DNA of 64,000 bases from the human T2T-CHM13v2.0 reference genome, Homo sapiens: assembly GCF_009914755.1 (NCBI RefSeq), contig NC_060937.1, one strand, 5' to 3'. Both the position numbers and the translations under genes were made by a program. Under the pieces are notes generated by a model. The model worked only from the letters and a program-made list of their open reading frames with translations, was not told where the DNA came from and searched no databases. Positions 1 to 13,160 of the stretch are shown here, piece after piece (the stretch's first letter is position 1; each line of letters starts with the position of its first letter).

Positions 1-781
1 GAGTAAAAATATATCCTTTGAGACAGCATTAAAGAAAGAGCACCTTGTATAAATTCAATTCAAAGAGACAAGATATTCTTGACTCTGAAGTCTTGTTCGT
101 TGATACAGCAATGTAATTAATAATAAGAAGAAAAGCAGGACATAGATGTGGAGACTATTTTAATCAAAAATTGTCTATAGATTTTGATGATAAAATTTAA
201 AAATCTACTGTATTTAGTTAGTTACAAAAAACTAGGTTATAGGAACATATTTGGTCAATAAAACACCCCTACCAAATGCTGACAAGAAAAAAAGTTAGGT
301 ATCACCTTTCTTCTCTGCAGATGGCCTGAGATGGGTTAATTTAAAGGAATGCTTCCAAACCTGAGGTGACCCCTGAGAACAGCATAATCCACTGCTGTCT
401 CCTACATTCAGTTTCTCAGTCTGTGATCTTTTAATTTTGTGGGGAGGGAAGCCAGTCCTTTAAAGCGATCTTCAGCATGATGGCAGAGCCAAGGAGTGTG
501 GACAGGTGGCACGGTGTCTGACTTTGTTCCAGCAGCCACTTGGGCTTTCTCTGGGTCTTCTGTGACCTAGGGATAGCACCACTATTGAAAACATGTCTTT
601 GTGACATTCTCTATGCCAGGAACTCCCAACACATTTTCCTTGAAACTGATGAAATGAATAAAAATAAACCAAGAGGTGTGCTGTTTGTTTCTGTTTCCTC
701 CTTTCTGCAGCCCTTCTTGATCATCTAATATTTTTAAATACATTGTCGATCACCAAAAGGAGCATAAGGGCTTTATTGATT

Positions 782-1185
782 TGTAGTAGATGTATTAATA
801 GTCCAGCCGCTATTCCTTGCCTGTAGCTGCCGGGAAGAAAACCATTCTTAACACTCTACAAGGTCTCATCTCCAGAATTTGCACCTGTTTCTAGCTGAGG
901 ACTTTCTCTAGCAGCACGGGAGCTTGTGACTGGGCATGAAGTGGGAAGAAAAGTGAGGGTAACTAAGAAGAATCTCCCTGGATTCAGTGATGTAATTCTG
1001 AGGCATGTTCCACATAGCTTCCCAGAGAATTAAGCCCAGATATCTAACACAGGAACTTGCCTCTTAACACGTGTGGTATTGGCTTTTCTATCTTTCCTGT
1101 TTTAGTTTGTTCCCTCTTCCTTGTCTCACTTTCACCGTGTCCTCACTCCTGCTTTAAGAATACCCAAACAAATAAATTCATTTAT
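782..1185 (+). mobile_element. Old ERVL-class solo LTR, LTR16-like
   Basis: Starts TGTAG; contains CTGAGGACTTTCTCT, AATTCTGAGGCATGTTCCACA, CTTGTCTCACTT and a terminal CCCAAACAAATAAA, resembling the LTR16 consensus as I recall it; highly diverged. Confidence 0.5.
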
Positions 1186-3399
1186 TTTTTTAGACTCTCA
1201 GAACACAGTTGATAGTTGAACTTGTAATCTATGATAATCAGCTTGGATGCTATACTGACAGGAAGATGGTGAACTCACCATGTCTAATTAAGATAAAATA
1301 TAAAAATATATTGATTCATGTCCAAAGATTTAAAAAATCTAAGCGGCAGTGTCACAATTTCTTCTTTTTAGTTTACATAGTTTCTTAAACGCCTACAATT
1401 ATTTTAAAGGAAGACTTGAGTCTAGGAAAAATTGAGACATATGGAATAAATTACTAACACATTTCTCCTTGAAATCCATTAGATGCTTGATGATTTTTCA
1501 CATATATTTCTGAATTGAAAAGCTAGCTGTGAATTACTTTTATCAGCATATCCTTATGTAATATTTTGTTTTTAACAGTGAATTGAAGCTTTAAAGGTTA
1601 AATTATTCCATCCAGAGAATAAAAAGCAATTATTTCACAAGGAGAACTTGTGTATGTTGACACGACATTTTAAAATCTAGATTTTAAAACAGGTCCTATA
1701 TACTTTTGAGTCAATTAGAATATGTTTGTATCAGTCTGTCTACAGTTTTACACCTGTCAAAACGTACTTGAACTACAACAAGTACCTTGAAAAATTTTGA
1801 AATTTATTATTCCTCTGAAACTGATTAAAAGAATTATGGTAGAGTGAAATTCTGATTGACATAATTTGGGAGAGAAATTATTCCTTGGAGATCAACCTCT
1901 GCCAAGATAGTTTATAACGACATTGAGACTTTTTGATTTACAAAATTTGTTATATAAAAAATACTAAGAAGATGACAGATAATACACAGACTTTAATTAA
2001 AATTGTACTAAAATTAAATGTCTAAATAAATTAGAAGGGTACGTGGTATATCTAACTGTATGTTTACATATCTTAATTGTGCATTTTATTCCTAGGGTTG
2101 CTTTTTCTTTAGTTTGTAAAACGTTCTTATTTTTATGATAATGTAGTATATACTAAATAAAGAAAAATCAGGAAGTAGAAAATGAAGAAGAAAACATTAA
2201 CTATTGTCAACCAAATAAAAATTGTGCAATCTCTAAGTACATGAACTATGTATTATTTGTACAGCATGTACAATGTTTATGCTTCACAGGGTGAGGTAGA
2301 GACTGCAAAACATTGAACCTGGGACAAATAAGAAAGTAAGGAAATTTTCTCAACATATTAATATTATAGAAAATGTTTAACATAACAGTTAAGATACAAG
2401 TAATGAAAAGTGACAGTATTTAAGGAGATCTAGAGAATTTATATCTGTAATGTGTGAGAAGTATTAGAATAATGCTTGTATTTCTGGATTGGCATCGATT
2501 TCTATTGAGACTGGAAACATAATAGAAGTGAGGGAAAAAGAATTTAAATTGTGGATACTTGAGTTTTATACCTAGGAGTTCGAGAAATACATCTTGTGAC
2601 TATCAAAGCAGTTGGCACAAGAGTGTACAAAATTCCCTAATTGTGTCTATGTGGAGAAGACATAGACAAACAGAGAATAGCAAAACAGAAATAGCAAAAA
2701 AGCACAAATAAATTTTACCTGTATTTTTACGTAAAAGCCAATTAGAGTAGGAAAACATGAAATTTGTGTTTTATCAAAATTTTTCCCTTTCTCATAATAT
2801 AGTTGATTATATTACTGGAAAAAAATTGAAGCATTGGTATGTTCACAAAAAAAAGTAAAATATAAGGGCAAAACCATGGGAATGCAGGAAGCAGACAAAA
2901 TATACCTAAACACTGAAACTGATTTTGCCCTACGGACATGTACCAAAATGAATGAGTACAGATTCCTACTGTCATACATCACATAAGACAGTAAAGAAAT
3001 ACATAGTTTTTCCCAAGATAGGGCATCACACAGGAGCTCTTCCCTAAAGCTAGGACCAAAATTTCTATCCTCAGTATAAAGAAGAATCAGAGGTATATTA
3101 GTCCCATTTCACATTCCCTGGAAACGGCAAATAAAAATGACTTGAGATTGGACAGATTTAAAGAAACTCAATCATTAATGATTTACAGCAATTAATTTAA
3201 AAATTGTTTAAATGTGCAGTCCAAACATACGTCCAGACACCTTTAGGACAAGAATTAACATAATGTGGTCCTAGAATGGTGGTGCCCTTAGAAGACTCAC
3301 AAAAAATTCAAATTCTCTTTGGTAAATTTTCTTCCTACTAATCCTCAAAAGTGCACAAAAATAATTTTCAGAGAAAAATAAATATTTGTCATTCAAAGG

Positions 3400-4418
3400 C
3401 ATCTAAGTACGCAAGAAAATGATATTCCACCATTTGAAAAGGAAGTAGAAAAAGAGTACAAACAGATCCACAACGGTTCATTACTAGAAATATCATTGTT
3501 AGATTATAAAGCACATTTGCTGTAGAAAAATTTAAAATAAAATGAATATATTTTTAGGAGACTAAAAAATTGATGCAGTAAATTTTAAAAGCAGTTTGTA
3601 TAAAAATATAGTATTTTAAATTAAAAACTCAAAAATGAACTCATCAGATTAGAGATGGCCATGGTGAGAGTTCATAAATATTTCAGAATGTATTACAGAA
3701 AATTTAAAAAAATGCAAAATGTGGACAGAATCATGAAGAGACATGGAAGATACAGTGAGAAAGTGTAGCATGTGTTTAGTGAGTGTTCTCATAGAATAAG
3801 GCAACTGGGAAGGGACAATATGTGATGGTATTTTGGCTGAAAGTTCTCTAGACTTTTGTAAGACATTAATCCGCATGTTCAAAAATTCCATGCATCCTAA
3901 GCAAGCTACAATGGAGATAAACCTACACCTACGTATCTCCTAGAGAAATAGTAAACCATCAGGAAGGGAAAAATATTTAAATTAGCACTAGAAAAATCAA
4001 ATTACCTTTAATCATATTGAAATCTGAAAGAATGAAAGGTAAAATAAATAATATTATTTGTTAAGAATAATAATGCCATTCTGAAATTCTCAACCGAAAA
4101 AAATATTCATCAACCTATGGCTAAATAACTTATTTAGAGACAAGAAACAAAACGCCACCAGCAGAATTCCACTAAAGAAACTAAAGAGAAACCCTGAAAA
4201 CATGCTTCAGAAAGGTTGAAGTTCTGAAATCAAAGAATGAACACAGAGCAAAATATATTGTAAACATACAGATAGATCTAAATAAAAAATTAGGTGTTGA
4301 AACAAAAAGATATTTAAAATTAGATAGGCACGGAAATAAGTATGTTAGGAAGCAACTTATTAGGGCTGAGGTATTCAAAGACCCCTTAATTGTCTGACAA
4401 GAGCAGAAAGGTGAGTAT
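3400..4418 (+). mobile_element. Degraded ancient L1 (L1M) ORF1-region fragment
   Basis: A-rich plus strand with L1 ORF1-like remnants (GAGACATGGAAGATACAGTGAGAAAG, GACATTAATCCGCATGTTCAA, ACCTACACCTA); no intact frame; boundaries approximate. Confidence 0.45.
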
Positions 4419-4430
4419 GACTTTGCAACT

Positions 4431-4733
<303 letters not shown>

Positions 4734-4745
4734 GACTTTGGAACT

Positions 4746-5710
4746 GTAATAAATTCACTGGACATTATGCATTTCTCTGTTGTATCTATGAAAACAATAA
4801 AAATAAAAGTCATAATTTAAAAACAAGAAGACAGACCCTGATAGGAAAAAATGAGGCATTTTATATATATATATATAACAAATTAATAAAACAAATTTAG
4901 TATAAATGATCAAAGATTAACTTAAACCTAAGTAGACAATGTTTTTGTTAAAATACAAAGATTGGCAAAATTAAAAAATTCCGTCTCTATCATAGTTACG
5001 AGAGGCAACTAATATATAAATTTTCAGAAGCTTTGAAGTTCAAACAATACAGATAGTGTGTGTATATATGATATACATGCAAACACACTACATGAATATA
5101 ATTTTTTAAAAAGTTGCTATGTAGACAAAATAGAATGTAAGTTAGAAACATTTATTAAAATAAGTTAGTCTAACCAGTGTAATAAAAGTTTTAAGTTATT
5201 AAGAAGATGTGATGACTTAAATGTGCATTAGCCTGATACATATATACATATATACACACACACCACACACTCTCTCTCACACGCACACACACAAACACGT
5301 ATTTAGAGAGTCAAATTATATAAAGCAAAAATATCAGCAAGTAAGTAGAAATGGATAAGCCCCCAAATTATTATAGACATTTCAAACACACATCCTTCAG
5401 TAATAAAGAAGAAATTAAAAGAGTAAGTTTTAAAAGAAGCTACTAGATTTTAAAAAGGGCAAATGTTATATAAGGAACATGAATATTATAATTCATGTCA
5501 TTTTCGTGTTCATACCGAATACTTACAAAAATTAACATTTTCTAGACCATACCACAAATTCAAACAATTTTCACGGAAATAACGTGACACAATATATTTC
5601 CTAAACAAACAGCAATGAAGGTAAATATCAGTACAATAAAGAAAGCTAGAAACATAAGTCTAATAATATTGGTTGGAAGCTATTTTAATGACTATTTAAA
5701 TATTTTAAAG
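4746..5710 (+). mobile_element. Degraded ancient L1 fragments (ORF2 5' region) with TA/CA microsatellite at ~5235-5300
   Basis: A-rich strand bias and L1-like remnants (ATGTAGACAAAATAGAATGTAAG, TTATAGACATTTCAAACAC, CATACCGAATACTTACAAAAATTAAC); weak match. Confidence 0.4.
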
Positions 5711-5908
5711 GTGAATAGTCAATGAACCAAACACTTTTGTAAGGCCACTAAGATGCATGTGTAATGTGTAATGCCTCCTTTTATAAGGAGTCAATCTGTA
5801 ACATCACCTGGGCTATTTGACAGCTTCAAAGTGAACGTGAGAAGGAGAGAAACAGTGAGAGAGATATATATAAAACCAGTAAAATAAACATAAAGAATGA
5901 AGGAAATA

Positions 5909-6208
<300 letters not shown>

Positions 6209-8394
6209 GAGGAAATAGTACATGAAAAAGCAGAAATAAAGCAACTGAGTATATATTTAAAAATGCAAAAGCTCACTTTTTCAGAAACATATTAAAATAT
6301 TAAATCTAAGAAATATATAGGTAGACTGATGAAGAAAAATACAGAAAATACACAAAAAGAATTACCTGGAATGCAAAGGATACAAAATGTGAGCAGTTGT
6401 AGATTTTATATAAGCAATGACTTTGAGTTCAACCATGATGGGGTATATTGAAAAGAATCTCTCAGAAAAAAAGGAAAAGAAAACTGTTATAAAGCTATGT
6501 ACAAAATGTTAAGCACTATTGAAATCTTCCAAATCTACCAGTTATGGAGTTATTGGTCTTGGACTAACTCTCCTGAAAAGAAAATAAAAAAACAAAACAA
6601 AATATAAAAACCTAAAAACCTGGATAAAATAGCCTACCGTGGGCACTGGCAATGCAACCAAGCAGGTAGGACCTGGGTGCTACATTCTCTTTGTCATAAC
6701 ACGAAGCATTCATACACTCTTCTCACCCTCACTCTCACCTTTTAATCTTAGATCTATTATTAAATGTATTCAACATTACTATCAATCCTTTGGTCAAAAT
6801 TTATTTACTCACATTGTGCTTGATGCACTTGGATAGACTGTTCAAGAAAGTGTGAGTAATGAATTCCTCAAACTCTTGCATATTTAAAATTACATTTTTG
6901 AGCCTTGATGCTTGAAGTGTAGCTTGGGTAACGAGTGGGCTTTAAGCCAATTTTGGCATGCAAGGAGTTGAGTTTATTAGGCATCAGCACCGCTGAAAAT
7001 CGTGGGGATGCAGGCTTAATTTCAACACTCTTCTAAATACTTGAAAGATATATAATTCTGTAATAAACTCCTGTGTCTACAAATGGTTCACATTAACTCA
7101 ATATCTATGATTAAACATTTATAAAATCAAGGCACTGTTATTTAGTGGAGACTTGCTGGCTATTCTATGAGAGGAGGTATTGTTATTGTAATCTCATCCT
7201 CTCATAAATGTGTATCATATTACTCATAACCAGCCCTTCATATTCGATTCCTATTTTGGTATTTTAAAATAAGATATCTTTGAAACACTTGAATTCAAAG
7301 AGGGAATCTGAATAGTTTTTAAAAGGTCAATGAAATGCCGTTTCTTCATGCTTGAACAAATAAAAATGGACTAAAGTGCTTCTCTTCAAACTTTCTGGAA
7401 CATTTTTTATCTAAATTCTAAGAACAATCGCAATAGGTTTTAACCACAAATGTGAGAATATTCTAAATGTTAGGGTGGAAAAAAATTTAAAATTATTTTA
7501 TAGTAATTTTTTTCATCATAGTGACAGTGTGCTAAATTTTTTTAAGTCAAATATTACTTTAGACATTTAAGTCAAGATTCTAAGAAGCTGTTTTAAAGTC
7601 CAAAATTTAATTTCATATACAATGATATTATATATATATTTGCATATAAAATTAATATATGTAAGCCATGTTTCAAGTAGTTGAGATATTATTATATCAA
7701 AGATTCTTGATTATATAAAATGCCAATTACTTATAGGCACACATGCTTTAAATAATTACAAAGGCAGTTGTGGTTGATTCTACTATTGCTATTGGCATTT
7801 GTGTGGACATAATATTATGGTCTGAAGAATAGGCAAATTTATCACTCATATGAGCAGAAGAACAATGCAAGATAGTTTATATCTGAAAGGAAAAAAAATC
7901 TTTATATGGTTCTGAAAGCATAAATCATTAACAACTTGGATAATAATTAGCATAAAAATACACAAACATGCCCTCTTCCTAGCAGTAAGTACACAGTGAC
8001 AACAGAATCAAAGCATGTGGCTCCTCTTCTCTGCCCTTTCTAGATGGCACAATTCCTCATGAATCTAAGCGCAGTCATAGGATGGATTAGGGTGACCTGC
8101 CATTTGTATGCAACTGATCTCTATTTTGAAAGTAATTAAAGTAAAAATATATTTTTAAAAGATAATTTCAATTTTCAGTGCAAACTAGCATGGTGTCACC
8201 CCTTTTCTTTGTAACATTTTTTCTAAGGTTGGAAAAGTATGGTAGGCTTTAGTACGATTTTTAATAATAAGTTTTCAAAGTGAGACACAAAATGGTGGTG
8301 CCAACACATTTCAAGTCTGCTACATTTTGAATACACTTATTGGAGAAAAGACCTTCTCATCATTTTTCTCTTATAGGAAAGGAAATAACATGTA

Positions 8395-8769
8395 CAGTTG
8401 ACCCTTAAGCAACACGGAGGCTGGGGTGCTGGCCCCCCTTCACAGTAGAAAATCCACTATAAATTTGACTTCCCCAAAACTTAACTACTAATAGCCTACT
8501 GTAAGCCTTACAAATAACACAAGCAGTCAATTAACACATATTTAATATGTTATATGTCTTATATACTGTATTCTTAACAAACATGCCAGAGAAAAGAAAA
8601 AGAAAATCATAAGGAAAATATATTTACTAGTTATTAAATGGAAGTAAATGATCAAACAGATCTTCATCCTCATCCTTTTCATGGGCAGGGTGTGGAGAAG
8701 GATATAGAATTGTTGGTTTTGCTAAGTGGACCTGCACAGTTCAAACCACTGTGGTGCAAAGGCCAACTG
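8395..8769. mobile_element. Tigger2-derived non-autonomous DNA transposon (TcMar-Tigger)
   Basis: Terminal inverted repeats CAGTTGACCCTT ... AAAGGCCAACTG with TA target duplication on both sides; internal CCCCAAAACTTAACTACTAATAGCCTACTG is typical of Tigger2. Confidence 0.8.
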
Positions 8770-8862
8770 TATAGCCATTGAATAGCAATTTATTTTTAGA
8801 AATTAACCTCACTAAAATACTCTTAGAAGGATGCCAAGAAAAAAATGAATAAGTATGTTTGG

Positions 8863-9968
8863 TTCATCTATTTCATCATTTCATTTCATTTCATCATTTC
8901 ATTTCCTCATTTCATCATTTCATTTCATTTCATCCTTTCATTTCATCATTTCATCTAATCATTTCACCTCATCATTTCATTTCATCATTTCATCTCAACA
9001 TTTCATTTCATTTCATCATTTCACTTCATCTCATCATTTCATTATTTCATCTCATCATTTCATTTCATCTCATCATTTCATTTCACCTTTTCATCTCGTC
9101 ATTTCATTTCATTTCATCTTTTCATCTCATTTCAATTCATTATTTCATTTCATCAATTCATCATTTCATTTCATTTATTTCATCATTTCATCGTTTAGTT
9201 TCATCATTTCATCATTTCATCATTTGACTTCATTTCATCATTTCTTTTCATCATTTCATATCATTTCATCATTTCATCTTTTCATTTCATTTCATCATTT
9301 CACTTCATCATTTCATCATTTGATTTCCTCATTTCCTCATTTCATTTCATCATTTCATTTCATTTCATCCTTTAATCATTTCATCTCATCATTTTATCCT
9401 TTCTTTTCATCATTTCATCTCATCAATGCGTTTTATCATTTCCTTATTTCATTTCATTTCATCATTTCACATCATCTCATCATTTCATCATTTCATCTCA
9501 TGATTTCATTTCATCACATCATTTCATTTCATCTCATTTCATTTCATCTTTTCATCTCGTTTCATTTCATATCATCAATTCATCATTTCATCATTTCATT
9601 TCATTATTTCATCATATAATCATTTAACTTCATTTCATCATTTCATTTCATCATTTCATATCATTTCATTTCATCATTTGATCTTTTCATTTCATCATTT
9701 AATTTCATTTCATCATTTCACTTCATCATTTCATTTCTTCATTTCATTTCATTTCCTCATTTCATTTCACCATTGCATTTCATCATTTCCTCATTTCATT
9801 TCATCATTCCATTTCATCTTTTCATTTCATCACTTCATCATTTCATTTCATCTCATCATTTCATCCTTTCACTTCATTATTTCATTTCATCATTTCATCT
9901 CATCATTTCATTTCATCATTTCATTTCATTCCATCATTTCATTTCATTTCATCATTTCATTTCATTTC
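8863..9968. repeat. Degenerate (CATTT)n/(CAT)n tandem repeat island, ~1.1 kb
   Basis: Continuous TTTCATTTCATCATTTCATC pattern, almost no G on the + strand; explains the FHFIISS ORFs. Confidence 0.95.
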
Positions 9969-10845
9969 AGTGATTCATGTATTTAAGTGCTAATTTGATG
10001 CCCAGGAGACACCCTATTTCCCTTTGTAAAACACCTCCTTCAACAAAAGGCAACTTTTCATGGCTGGCTAAGTCTACAGGGATACCAGGCTCTCTTCAAC
10101 CACCCAGTTTGATTTGGAACCTCAAACAGCACCTCAGTTTCATAAAAACCTAAAACATAAACACAACACTTGGTTGTAAGTGAGACAACAGTTTCTTGTC
10201 TCTTTCTCTGCTCAAGGCTTAAGGCCATGTCTCCCCAACTACGTTCAGTGGAAGAAAAGATCCCCTGGACAAATAAGTTTGAGAACTGTTGTTGCAGGAC
10301 TTCTCAGAACCTTTAAAACACAAATCCTCATCCGCAGGGATCTTCAGGAGGGAGATGGCTAATGCAGCACAATTTTCTTTCACAGGATCATCCTGCAGAA
10401 TACAGTATGGGATACAGAAAGGCTGCATTGAGTGTTTTTAAGGGCCAGGGCCTTGGTGGGGGTGGGGTAGGAGCTCTCCAGATAGCATCTAATGAGTAGG
10501 AACATTCAGGTGGCTTTTTTTTTCCTTATTGGCAAAACTGTGTGTGAACCATGAATGAAGCTGGTCTCCCTTATCCATATCAAAACTAAACCCGAATTAA
10601 TTGGCTAAATTGGGACACAACACCTCCAGGAGCCACGCGGAGGAAAGCGCCACCACACTTTAAAGTAGCTTACCTCATCATATTTGAGGAAAGCAAAACG
10701 CTTATGACCAGTATGCTGCTAATACAAGTCTACAGATAATGCTGTAGGAAAAATTATTTTTCCCAATCATAGCTGGCATAGTCCACATTTTGCATTACAC
10801 TTTCCCCCCCTTTTTTAAATTTTAAACACAGGTCTTTCTCTCTTC

Positions 10846-10988
10846 TTTTTTTAAATTTTAATTTAATTATACAAGACGGAGTCTCAGTATCTTGCCCAGG
10901 CTGGTCTTGAACTCCTGATCTCAAGTGATACATCCATCTCTGCCTCCCAAAGTGCTGAGATTACAGGCCTGAGACACTGTGCCTGGTC
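10846..10988 (-). mobile_element. Alu left monomer (FLAM-like)
   Basis: T-rich tail, then GACGGAGTCTCAGTATCTTGCCCAGGCTGGTCTTGAACTCCTG ... CCTCCCAAAGTGCTGAGATTACAGGC; only one arm present. Confidence 0.8.
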
Positions 10989-11352
10989 TTAAATACAAAT
11001 CTTACTTCATTCCTACAATTATCCTGAGGTTAGAAAAATGGAAGGGGAAGAAAAATGGCAAGCAGGTAGGCTGACTTCGGCTTCATTACTTGGAAGGACA
11101 GTTTGCTCGGTTAAAACACACTACTGCCCACAAAGGCCAAGACAACAGAAAAATACAGGCATATAAATAGATTTTATATGTGACAGCAGTTTGAATGGAG
11201 ACTTTTTCAATGCAAACGACAAACAGCTGTGCTTGGGAATGAATGACAATGATTTTTTTTATCTCAACAGCTGTCCTGAGAGCATGTCTCTACATCTCTA
11301 CCTGCATTCTGGAATCAGGGAGAAAGTCAAAACGGACAACAAGACACTAGAT

Positions 11353-11548
11353 CAGCCGTGTCCAACCCTTTGACTACAAGGACTTTTCCGCCTATCTGTG
11401 GTGGTGGGTATCATGAAAATTATGCACAAACCTTTTTCTTTTTTTTTAAGCTCATCCGCTGTTGTTAGCATTAGTGTATTTTATGTGTGGCCCAGGAACA
11501 TTCTTCTTCCAATGTGGCCCTGAGAAGCAGAAAGACTGGACACCTGTG
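11353..11548 (-). mobile_element. MER30 (hAT-Charlie MITE)
   Basis: TTAGTGTATTTTATGTGTGGCCCAGG...TTCTTCCAATGTGGCCC matches the MER30 reverse complement; TIR-like ends CAGCCGTGTCCAA / CTGGACACCTGTG; perfect 8-bp TSD CACTAGAT (11345-11352, 11549-11556). Confidence 0.85.
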
Positions 11549-11669
11549 CACTAGATCAAAAGTCTACTCCTTCTGGAAGCAATTGTAAAGAATTTCTGAC
11601 ATTATCTTGACATGAAAACCAATGGATAGTGGGAAAGAATGCAAAATCTTCAAGAATTTTTCTTGTTGG

Positions 11670-11939
11670 TTTTTTTTTTTTTTTTTTTTTTTGAGTCAAG
11701 GTATTGCTCTGTGGTCCAGGCTGGAGTACACTGGTGAAATCACAGTTCAGTGCAGGCTCGAGTGCTCCTCCTGCCTCAGACACAGTAGCAGCTGGGATTA
11801 CAGATGCACGCAACCACCCCTGGCTAATATTTTATTTTTTGTAGAGACGGGGTCTCACTATATTGTCCAGGTTCGTCTCAAACAACTTGACTCAAAGGAT
11901 CCAGGACAGGATAACAGGTGTGAGCCACCACACCTGGCC
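11670..11939 (-). mobile_element. AluJ, diverged, with internal deletions
   Basis: Long poly-T, CCAGGCTGGAGTACACTGG, TTTTTGTAGAGACGGGGTCTCACTATATTG (J-type), ends GTGAGCCACCACACCTGGCC. Confidence 0.85.
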
Positions 11940-12292
11940 ATGTGCATGAACTTTTAAGACAAACACAAGACCCCACAAAAGTTAAGGTTTTCCCACCTAA
12001 TTTTCAGGAGATCTTTTGGTGCAAGCATAAGAAGCCCTTAAAAGTACACAGACAACTCCAAAGATTCAAGACAGTTCATTCGGGCTGAGCCAGCCCACTG
12101 GGCAGACTGACCTTCAAGAAAGACCCACCCATGACATACACCAGATGGCTCTCCAAGAATCTCTCCAGGCCTCAGGGTCCCTAAAGTACTGGACAGAGCT
12201 AGGAAAGCAAACCCATTTGCTTCTTCCTGCAGGAAACCCCTTGAGGTCAAGACCCCACAATCAGACGAGGATGGAGTGGCTCACCCTCAGTT

Positions 12293-12356
12293 ACTGGCAA
12301 GTCAGTTCTCCCTCAGGCCTTCGGTTTCCTCACCTACAAGATGAAAGGGCTGGACC
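12293..12356 (+). mobile_element. MIR core fragment
   Basis: GGCAAGTCA...GCCTTCGGTTTCCTCACCTACAAGATGAAAGGGCTGGAC resembles the MIR core GCCTCAGTTTCCTCATCTGTAAAATG. Confidence 0.6.
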
Positions 12357-12399
12357 CGGTGGCATCACCCCCGCCACCACCCTCCTTCTTTTCTCCCAT

Positions 12400-13160
12400 C
12401 GCTGCCGCGCGCAAGGCCGCTCTATGCAAGCCTCAGTGGCCCAGGCAGGGGGCTCAGGCGCCTAGGCAAGGAACGCCTGCGCCTGGAGAGCTGGACCAGG
12501 AGATCCCCTCGGCGGTGACCCTGCCAGGACGCCCGTAGAGCTGGGAGCCGAGTCTGCCGCTCCCGCCCTCAGAGCCGCGGCGGTGGGCGCAGAAAGCCGC
12601 AGCGGCGGGGGCAAAAAGACGCAGCGGCCGGGGAAAAAGTCGCAGCGGCGGGAGCAAAAAGCCGCGGCGGCGGGGGCAAAAAGCCACGGCGGCGGGGGCA
12701 AAAAGCCCTGGCTGCAAAAAGCGGCGGTGGCGGGGGCAGAAAGCTGCGGTGGCGGGGACAAAAAGCCTAGGCGGCAGGGACAAAAAGACGCGGCGGGAAA
12801 AAGGTGCAGCGGCGGGGCAAAAAGCCGCGGTGGCAGAAAGCGGCTGAGGCGGGGGGCAAAAAGACGCAAAAGCCGCGGCGGCGCGGGCAAAAAGCCTCGG
12901 TGGCGGGGGCAAAAAGCCGCGGCTGGGGGAAAAAACCCGCAGCGGCGGGGGCAAAAAGCAGCAGAGGTGGGGGTAAAAAGGAGCGTCGGCAAAAGCGGTG
13001 GCGGCAGGGGCAAAAAGCCGCCGCGGAGGGGACAAAAGGCCGCGATGGCAGGGGGCAAAAAGCCGCGGTAGGAGAAAGCTGCATCAGCGGAGGCAAAAAG
13101 CCGTGGTGGGAGAAAGCCGCGGCGGCGGGGGCAGAAAGCCTCGGCGGCGGGGGCAAAATA
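12400..13160. promoter_or_regulatory. CpG island (unique GC-rich part plus GC tandem repeat); possible promoter
   Basis: The only GC- and CpG-dense stretch in 34 kb of AT-rich, CpG-depleted DNA; GC-box/EGR-like GCGGGGGC motifs and one E2F-type GCGGGAAA (12793-12800). Promoter activity is inferred only. Confidence 0.6.
12571..13159. repeat. GC-rich minisatellite, ~22-bp unit GCCGCGGCGGCGGGGGCAAAAA (GGGCAAAAAGCCG-type pericentromeric repeat), ~27 units
   Basis: A5 tracts at 12613, 12634, 12656, 12678, 12700, 12716 and onward, separated by GCCGCGGCGGCGGGGGC variants; explains the Pro/Ala/Arg/Gly/Lys-rich ORFs in all six frames. Confidence 0.9.

Noticed and set aside
8855-9986. 254-aa F/H/I/S ORF and overlapping ORFs
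   Set aside because: Translation of the CATTT/CAT repeat.
10219-10428. 69-aa minus-strand ORF with normal amino-acid composition
   Set aside because: Short, no recognisable homology or motif; expected by chance.
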